In this document: positions 59,301-64,000 of the stretch, piece by piece
How positions within the stretch are numbered: the stretch's first letter is position 1
Layout of the letters: every line of letters begins with the position of its first letter
Assembly (NCBI GenBank): GCA_040756235.1
Contig: JBFLZG010000008.1
Span: 1 to 64,000 of the forward strand
DNA from: a bacterium
GTDB lineage: Bacteria; Desulfobacterota; DSWW01
Direction: 5' to 3'
Length of the DNA: 64,000 bases
Notes under the pieces: generated by a model
What the model saw: the letters and a program-made list of their open reading frames with translations, nothing else
Databases searched by the model: none
What the model was told of the DNA's origin: nothing
Made by a program: the position numbers and the translations under genes

Positions 59301-60062
59301 CAGGTGGCCGCGGGAATCCTGAAGAAGCTCGGCTTTGGCGTCGATGCAGTGGCCGACGGCGCGGAAGCGGTCCAGGCCCTCGAGCGCCTGCCCTATGACC
59401 TGGTGTTGATGGACGTGCGCATGCCGGACACGGACGGTCTCGAAGCCACGCGTCGCATCCGCAGTGCGCAGTCCGCCGTGCTCAACCGGGACATCCCCAT
59501 CATCGCCCTGACCGCACACGCCATGCAGAGCGACCGGGAGAGGTGCCTGCAGGCCGGGATGAACGACTACATCTCGAAGCCGGTCAGACCGCAGACGCTG
59601 GTCGAGATCATCGACAAGTGGCTGCCGCCGGAAACGCAGGACGCTGCGCCGCAAACGCCCGTCGCACTTCCGGCGCAAGCACCTGCGGCGGCTGCGCAAC
59701 CGCAGGAGCGCGAGGCCGTGGTGTTCGACCGTCAGGCGCTGGTCGAGCGCTTGCTGGGCGACGCGGGGTTGATCCGCACCATCCTCGCCGGGTTCCTGGA
59801 TGACCTGCCGAAACAGATGGACCGGCTCAGGGAGCTCGTAGCCGGGGGCCGGGCGGAGGCGGCTGTGGCGCAGGCCCACAAGATCAAGGGGGCCGCGGCA
59901 AACGTGGGCGGTGAGGCGCTCAAGGAAGCGGCCGCCGCAATGGAAAGAGAGGGCAAGACCGGCGGCCGTGAGGCCCTGGTCGCACGGGCGCCCGCTCTGG
60001 AACGGCAGGCCGCCCGGCTGCAGGAGGCCATCGAGGAGTTCCAGAATCTGAACGAACCGTGA
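53352..60062 (+). CDS. Giant multi-sensor hybrid histidine kinase (2236 aa)
   Basis: Polytopic N-terminal membrane domain, a Cache-like periplasmic domain, CHASE (YFPVLFVEP...LGFDMGSE), six PAS/PAC units, SHELRTPMNG, HATPase, two REC, Hpt AHKIKG. Confidence 0.95.
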   Translation: MTENLDYIHLVYGSSFLLLGLLAYGRRREGPRALPWALLAWFGLLHGMHEWLELLALGIRDAAAFEAARLAFLAASFAALFEFGRTGLEAQGARPPGRLVLLPLLALAASGGLAGTSGLDPGCRYALGLPGALLAGWALLRASHAPAQKEGVRAGLALAGAAMLGYSLPTGLVVPRASFFPASVLNAEGFLATLGFPVQLLRTLCAACAAAGLWLVFRRSPGTVEDRPGLIRSWALAAALATVLAAGWWGAGWSGRVHDAGRRAELLAQARGIAATVNPSRAKALAFTGADLGNPAFSRLEVQLKSYHPLMTAGVRGIYTLALRNDEVRFGPQSRPRGDPLASLPGESYQKPPAELLEVFRSRQARTVGPYADERGTLLSALAPVIDPRTGETLLVVGLDVEASDWERQIARHRLPALLFTLVLTALLLGGAALLRRPAALDVRAQPFWMRHFEPGLAALCGLLLSAAASLAAHDNETRSRGAVFEQVAEAQAAQFRQILHDLRAELYGLARFLESAREIAADEFRAYALPLARSESVHAYGWVPCVPAEGKQAFEIEARRQGPAAYAIFRRDAAGARLPADGRGPYFPVLFVEPLAAKERVLGFDMGSETVRRAAIEEAARSGFPTATDPVGLVIATGRPSSQLVFHPVFSTRQDGSLRGFALQVLSMESLLKQTFAAVSSSQVAVDLLLLEPGRPAALLASTDPEDTRNHEGTAGILHRDAHAAFTSPVFAFGKAYALVIYPGPGLLTARPGRAGRLVFLVGLVLTALATARIGAAAGRRRELERQVAARTAALRESEEKFRLLFENALVGVMLHEIIRDEQGAPSDYLFVEANAAFETLTGRRLSEALGKKVKAGFGFGVIRHTPLISVFDQVARTGEPVLLEQFIAPLGRHYLMNVLRIGERRMGTVFLDITERKRVEQTLRESEERNRRIVETANEGVWSIDADHRTTFVNPTMARMLGYETDRMLGVPLERFLPPPEMEDHRYQMGLLHQGKGNRYERRLLRKDGSECRCLISAMPLHDERGRFAGSFAMFTDITARVIAETRLRDREEQLRQLFDNMSSGAAVYQAVDGGRDFIILDVNRAVERIEHVAREEVLGRRVTEAFPGVAELGLLAVLQRVWRTGEAEQLPAGWYQDALVAGWRENYVYRLPNGDVVVIYDDVTERKRAQEALEDQTRLLSTVLDGIPDIIGVQKPDYTLLRYNQKGYEFLGLPPSQVCGRKCYELMGQGMPCEECATRAALATKRVATVEKLLPERGMWIAARSIPVLDDRGEVVLVVEQLRDITERKRMVQQLDRQRALLSSLVDSIPDLISYKDKSGVYLGCNPAFAEFVGRTRAEIIGRTDYDLFGMSVADSFRAHDREMTEINGPRRDDEWVTYADGRRVLLDTLKTPYWGPDGEILGVLGISRDITERQHIQQQLLASKKEVETIMDLVQSGIMVLDARTHAILKANPAACKLIGLPRDKIVGMTCHRFITPVSPGQCPASDQRQSMVNAERVLLRADGTEVPILKTVVPVKLSGRECLLESFMDLSVQMRQAEELLSALAQAKTLNQQLEQQTSRATELAAEAMVANVAKSEFLAHMSHELRTPMNGVIGMAELLLDGPLDGEQRPYAETVLASAEALQAILDDILDFSKIEAGKLEIRKLELDLSAVLDDFADLMAVRAWEKGLELVCAAAPDVPARLQGDPGRLRQVLVNLADNAVKFTLKGEVVVRTVLVSESGDEAVLRFSVRDTGIGIPQDKQRLIFNSFTQVDASIARRYGGTGLGLAISKYLAEAMGGEIGVTSDPGKGSEFWFTARFARQPQRESPDAPAGARASHILVVDDNASNREMMTIQLRAWGANAAEAADGAAALGLLREAAASGDPFRLAIVDMQMPGMDGASLGRAIRADPRLHETRLAIMTSPDQQSLGRGLVEAGFSASLPKPVRPSAMAQCLASVLGGRVERQEAPCAGVGPRKMKTRRGTVRILLAEDNVSNQQVAAGILKKLGFGVDAVADGAEAVQALERLPYDLVLMDVRMPDTDGLEATRRIRSAQSAVLNRDIPIIALTAHAMQSDRERCLQAGMNDYISKPVRPQTLVEIIDKWLPPETQDAAPQTPVALPAQAPAAAAQPQEREAVVFDRQALVERLLGDAGLIRTILAGFLDDLPKQMDRLRELVAGGRAEAAVAQAHKIKGAAANVGGEALKEAAAAMEREGKTGGREALVARAPALERQAARLQEAIEEFQNLNEP

Positions 60063-60190
60063 ACGAACCGCCTGGAATCAGGGCAGCAGACAAAGAGCTC
60101 CGGGACTCTTCTCCCCCCTTTCGCAATGGGGGGAATGCTCTTGGACACCCACGCACGCGTCGCCCTCCTCCGGCCGATTCCAGCGGCCTG

Positions 60191-60892
60191 CTACAACCGC
60201 TTGAGCCACCGTCTCAGCAGCTCCGTCACCTCATCCGGCCTTTCCAGCGGGGAGAGGTGGCCGCACGCATCGATGACTGCGAGATCCGCGCCCGGGATTC
60301 TTCCGGCCATCTCTTCGTGCACCTCGGCTGGGGTGATCGCGTCCTCCCGTCCGCACGCCACGAGGGTCGGGCACGCGATCGCGGGAAGCAAGGGACGGGA
60401 GTCGGCACGCCCCATGATGGCCCGTTCCTGTCGCAGGAAGGCCTCCTTCCCGACCCTGCGGGCCATGTCGCGGACTACGTCCGCGACCGCGCGGTCGTTC
60501 CGCCTCGACGGATGCAACAGCCTCGGCAGCAGGGTTTCCGTGACCGCCGGGAAATCCGTCTCGGCCAGGTGCAGCAGCCGCCGACGGGCCTCCGTCGCTT
60601 CCGGAGCGTCGGGCCGCGCGGAGGTATCGAGCAAGGCGAGCGCCGCCACACGCTCCGGCGCCTGGCGGATGATTTCCAGCGCCACGTAGCCTCCCATCGA
60701 GAGGCCGGCCAACGCAAAGCTCCCACCGGGAGCCTGTCTCAAAACGCCTGCGGCAAGCGCAGCGATAGAGTCCGCTCCGGTGAGGTCCGGCACGAAGGCC
60801 GCAGCTCGTCCCGACAGGCCGGCGATCTGGCGGCTCCACAGGCGGGCATCGTTCAGCAGGCCCTGCAGGAGCACGAGAGTCACGCTGTTCAT
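60191..60892 (-). CDS. Alpha/beta-fold hydrolase
   Basis: LVLLQGLL, nucleophile elbow GLSMGG, CGRED, CGHLSPLE. Start at MNSVT. Confidence 0.93.
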   Translation of the reverse strand: MNSVTLVLLQGLLNDARLWSRQIAGLSGRAAAFVPDLTGADSIAALAAGVLRQAPGGSFALAGLSMGGYVALEIIRQAPERVAALALLDTSARPDAPEATEARRRLLHLAETDFPAVTETLLPRLLHPSRRNDRAVADVVRDMARRVGKEAFLRQERAIMGRADSRPLLPAIACPTLVACGREDAITPAEVHEEMAGRIPGADLAVIDACGHLSPLERPDEVTELLRRWLKRL

Positions 60893-61104
60893 GTACCACT
60901 CGCTCGACCCAATCGAGCTTGCCCGGACTGAAGGCACATGGCAACCGCCCGGTTACAGGGAACTCGTCAGGCTCGCGGCTCCGTAACCGTGGTTGGTGGA
61001 CACGCCTGCGGCTTTGTCCATCCTACCGAGTGCTCACGCCGCTCGTTCTGAGCCCGAGACGATCGAGGCGGGCACCCACCGCACGATCCGGTCCCTCGCC
61101 CTCG

Positions 61105-62898
61105 TCACTCCAGCTCGAGCCATCCGAACCACGCCGGATGGTTCTCGCGATACCATTGCAGGACCTCGCGCAGCGCCACCTGCTTTTCCGGTGTGATCAC
61201 GTCGGCCGGAATGCGATCGAAGCAGACCCGGATGCGGTTCTCCCCCAGGTGCTCCAGGGCTTCCGAGCAGAGGGTCTGCAGCTCGTTGCGAATGCGCCCG
61301 GAGTCGGAAATCTTCACCGCCCGGTTCCGGTAGTTCTCTCCCTGCATGAAGCGTTTGAGCAGCGGGTTGAACACCAGCCGGCTCTGCTCGAACGACTCCA
61401 TGAGGCGCAGCGCCACGGTCGTGCGGTGGTCGCCCCGGGGCGTGGTGAAGCGGACCGAGACCTCGAACACGTTCTCCGAGAGCTTCCGCACCCCGGGCGC
61501 ACCGGAATAGGGGTCGGGCAGCATGTAGCCGGAAACCGCCATGACGTTCCAGCGTTTCTCCGGAAAGAAGTCATCCGCTCGGAGCACGCGCTTGTGCGTC
61601 GGCAGCCCCGCCTCGCGCGCCGCTCGAATCATCTTTCGATAGGAAGACAGGGTCGCCTCGCCGAGCGCTTCACCGAAGATCGAGGACAGACCGCGGCCGA
61701 AGTCCGCCGCATCCGGATCGAGCCGCATCACCCGGGCCTCGCGTTCGAAGCTCAGCTCGAACTTGGACGAGAAGAGCGCCAGGGAGTCGTCCAGCGCCAG
61801 AAGCGGGCACAGGCTCGAAGCCTGCATGGCCTCCGCCGAAGCGGCATAGCCGTCGATCAGAAACACATGCATCTCGCCGGCGTCTCCCTGCCACGCGCCC
61901 ACGGAAAAGGTCGGAGCGTAAGTGCCGGAATCGGTGAACGCCGGCTGGCCGCTCGGCAGGCGCCAGCCGTCCTCGACCAGGTGGACCCCCAGTGACCTCC
62001 ACTCCTCCCACAGCTTTCCGATGCGCGACTCCCGCGTCTTCCCGCTGAGCGTCCAGACGTGCACGTTCGCGGGCTCGATGCCCGGGTAGGCCGCCCGGAT
62101 CGCCGCCAGCACCTGTGCACGGGGCGCAAAGAAGTCGACGAGGACCGCCTTTTCGGCGGCCTTCTCCACGACCGCGCGCGGCAGGAGCAGGGCCCCCATG
62201 TAGCCCTCATAAGGCTTGGAGATGCACAGGGGCTGATCGAACAAGTGCAGGACGGTCAGGGGACCGCTGGGGTGCCCTGCCGCAAAGCGGGAAGTATTTT
62301 CCAGGGTATCGATCGCGGCTCCCCACACCGTGATGCCGGCCTTCTTGACTTCGTCATAGAACTCTTCCCACCGGTACTCCCGGGAATTGATCAGTCTCTG
62401 CACCCTGGCGTCCAGGAACTTGGCAACCTGAGGCCGGGCATAGATCCGGCCGAAGCCGAGCATGGGATTGGAGCCCATCTCGGGCGTTTCCCCCCCCTTG
62501 GGCATCAGGCCCTCTCCCAGGCAGACCATGATGGCATGGTTCTCGGGCAGGGATCTCGAAAGGAACCACAGGCTCTCGCTCATGGCATAGGCGGAGACCG
62601 AGTCCGCGTCCTTCTTGACCTGGTTGATCGCCTTCTTGTCGAGCCCCTTTCCCTCGCCATACCGGCCGAACAGCCGCGTCCCCAGGGCGGTCACCGCGGC
62701 CGTCAAGATGAAGAGCCGCTCCATGCGCCTCTCGACGAAGGAGATGCTCTCGTTGAACCCCACCGATTCCTTGCCCCGGAACCATTCGACCCGGACGTCT
62801 TCGAGCCAGAGGTGGAAACGCCCGAGAATCGGACGGGTGTCGAAGGACCACTGAGCGACCTTGTTCTTCTTCTTCATGACTTCGGAAGGCTCTGGCAT
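61105..62898 (-). CDS. Large divergent GlpX (class II FBPase)-like / FIG-fold protein
   Basis: Ordered motifs KKDAD..AYAM, VCLGEG, NPML, AIDTLENT, PYEGYM parallel GlpX K..AD..AM, VIGEG, APML, AVDPIEGT, P..YM. ATG at 62898 follows GGAG. Confidence 0.6.
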   Translation of the reverse strand: MPEPSEVMKKKNKVAQWSFDTRPILGRFHLWLEDVRVEWFRGKESVGFNESISFVERRMERLFILTAAVTALGTRLFGRYGEGKGLDKKAINQVKKDADSVSAYAMSESLWFLSRSLPENHAIMVCLGEGLMPKGGETPEMGSNPMLGFGRIYARPQVAKFLDARVQRLINSREYRWEEFYDEVKKAGITVWGAAIDTLENTSRFAAGHPSGPLTVLHLFDQPLCISKPYEGYMGALLLPRAVVEKAAEKAVLVDFFAPRAQVLAAIRAAYPGIEPANVHVWTLSGKTRESRIGKLWEEWRSLGVHLVEDGWRLPSGQPAFTDSGTYAPTFSVGAWQGDAGEMHVFLIDGYAASAEAMQASSLCPLLALDDSLALFSSKFELSFEREARVMRLDPDAADFGRGLSSIFGEALGEATLSSYRKMIRAAREAGLPTHKRVLRADDFFPEKRWNVMAVSGYMLPDPYSGAPGVRKLSENVFEVSVRFTTPRGDHRTTVALRLMESFEQSRLVFNPLLKRFMQGENYRNRAVKISDSGRIRNELQTLCSEALEHLGENRIRVCFDRIPADVITPEKQVALREVLQWYRENHPAWFGWLELE

Positions 62899-63313
62899 TT
62901 CTCCATCTCCCGGATGAGCTGCTGATTCGTTCTCGTCGGAGCTTCCCGTGCGCCGATCTGCCCCAGAACGCATGCAGGAGCGCGCTCACCCCCCGGCCCC
63001 TGCCCCCTCCGGCGCCGGACACCCGATCCGGCGGTCTCGACATCTAACAGGCGGCTGAAAAACGCCTCTGAGAATAAAACAGAAATGGCCTTCCAATGCA
63101 ATGGAGGGAAGCTTCCTGCTGCTCGGCAGTGAGGGCAAGGCGATGAGGAAACGGCTTGATTCTTCGAATCGAGCCGCTGTTCAGCCGTTCTGCGGGCAGG
63201 CGAGGTATGGCAGCAGGCCGATCAGGCCGGGGAAGGAGTCCAAGAACGTGCATGCCGCTCAAGAAAGTCCGCACACAAGGAGCATGAGACCCTGGAAACG
63301 GTGCGACGGCCAG

Positions 63314-63493
63314 CTAGCCCAGGAAGATCTCGGGTGCGTCGGCGACAGCGGGTGGAACGGCCAGGGTGGGGTATTGCAGCTCCTCTCTCTTCTCCGCTGC
63401 GGATCGGTCCGCGCTCGACCCGTTCAGCTTGCGGAGATCCCGACTGGAGCCCTTCTTGGCACTTGGAGCTTTGGGGTTGGTTTGCGATTCCAT
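63314..63493 (-). CDS. Small hypothetical protein (59 aa)
   Basis: GGAGGAGAGGG upstream of the ATG. Reads MESQTNPKAP...QYPTLAVPPAVADAPEIFLG. No recognised family. Confidence 0.4.
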   Translation of the reverse strand: MESQTNPKAPSAKKGSSRDLRKLNGSSADRSAAEKREELQYPTLAVPPAVADAPEIFLG

Positions 63494-63704
63494 AAAATGC
63501 CCTCTCCTCCCCATCGGTCTTGTCGTAAATGTCTTGCGTGAAAGTCGGTTAAGTGTAGCGGGAATCGGCCGCCGGCGTAATCAGGTGAATCCTGTATTTG
63601 GCACCCAGGGAGGCCTTAGTTTCCGAGGGGGTATACGGGGAAATACCCAGGTCCTTCCGACCGGCGGCAGAGAGGATTCGGCGACCCCCTCCGCCGTACG
63701 CTCA

Positions 63705-63980
63705 TCACTGGATTCCCAGCAGGAACCCGTTGATGATCAGGAGGCAAGCCCACCCGCAAAGGGAGGAATCTCTCCGAGCTGCAGGCAGGAGGTCGGCCGG
63801 GAGCAGACCCGACAGGATCTCCTCCACACCGGTCGTCCTTTCTCCCTTGAACAGACCCTGCACATCCCGGACGATCTTCTCCCGGTATCTTCTCGCGAGC
63901 TCCTCGAGAGCGCCTTCCAGCCCGTTCTGCACCATCTCGACCAGCTCGGACTCGGAAGAGCAGGAGAGATTCAACGGCAT
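63705..63980 (-). CDS. Short protein resembling sigma70 region 2 only (possible remnant)
   Basis: SESELVEMVQNGLEGALEELARRYREKI and RRDSSLCGWACLLIIN resemble the ECF sigma N-terminal half. Stops after 91 aa with no region 4. Confidence 0.45.
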   Translation of the reverse strand: MPLNLSCSSESELVEMVQNGLEGALEELARRYREKIVRDVQGLFKGERTTGVEEILSGLLPADLLPAARRDSSLCGWACLLIINGFLLGIQ

Positions 63981-64000
63981 GAGCCTTGCTCCACAATTCA

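Noticed and set aside
55398..59879. 1493-aa antisense ORF
   Set aside because: Lies opposite the hybrid kinase, has no recognisable motifs, and is a typical high-GC shadow ORF.
60941..60994. Inverted repeat caaccgcccggttac...gtaaccgtggttg upstream of the hydrolase
   Set aside because: A single occurrence with no U-tract or recognisable RNA family; function cannot be supported.
63598..63615. TTGGCAC as a sigma54 -24 element
   Set aside because: No TTGC at the -12 position.

Overview
A high-GC bacterial motility and signalling region. Gene content suggests a deltaproteobacterium (Desulfobacterota-like), but that is inference. From left to right: (1) A minus-strand flagellar cluster: TPR protein, FlgS/FlrB-like kinase, FlgR/FlrC-like sigma54 activator, flgBC-fliEFGHIJ, motE-like, fliK-flgDE, then fliLMNO and the start of fliP. 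It has two clear sigma54 motifs. Between flgE and fliL it is interrupted by a CPA2 antiporter and a GAF-PAS-HisKA_3 kinase. (2) An orphan NarL regulator divergent from cheY plus a HAMP-fused cheZ. (3) Chemotaxis operon 1 (cheW, orphan solute-binding protein, MCP, cheR, HDOD, cheA, cheD, REC, cheX-like, cheB), preceded by a VWA/TIGR03503-like membrane protein and a coiled-coil membrane protein. (4) A c-di-GMP trio (HD-GYP, GGDEF, PilZ). (5) Chemosensory operon 2, led by an XRE regulator and a SpoIIE/anti-sigma/STAS partner-switching module. It includes a hybrid CheA with an Arg-rich DRR insertion and a 2236-aa hybrid kinase. (6) An alpha/beta hydrolase, a very divergent enlarged GlpX-like protein, a small ORF and a sigma region-2-only ORF. 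Five sigma28-type promoters are visible. Intergenic spaces carry at least five families of palindromic or MITE-like repeats. No rRNA, tRNA, CRISPR array or transposase was seen. All family assignments come from recognising motifs by eye, not from database searches.
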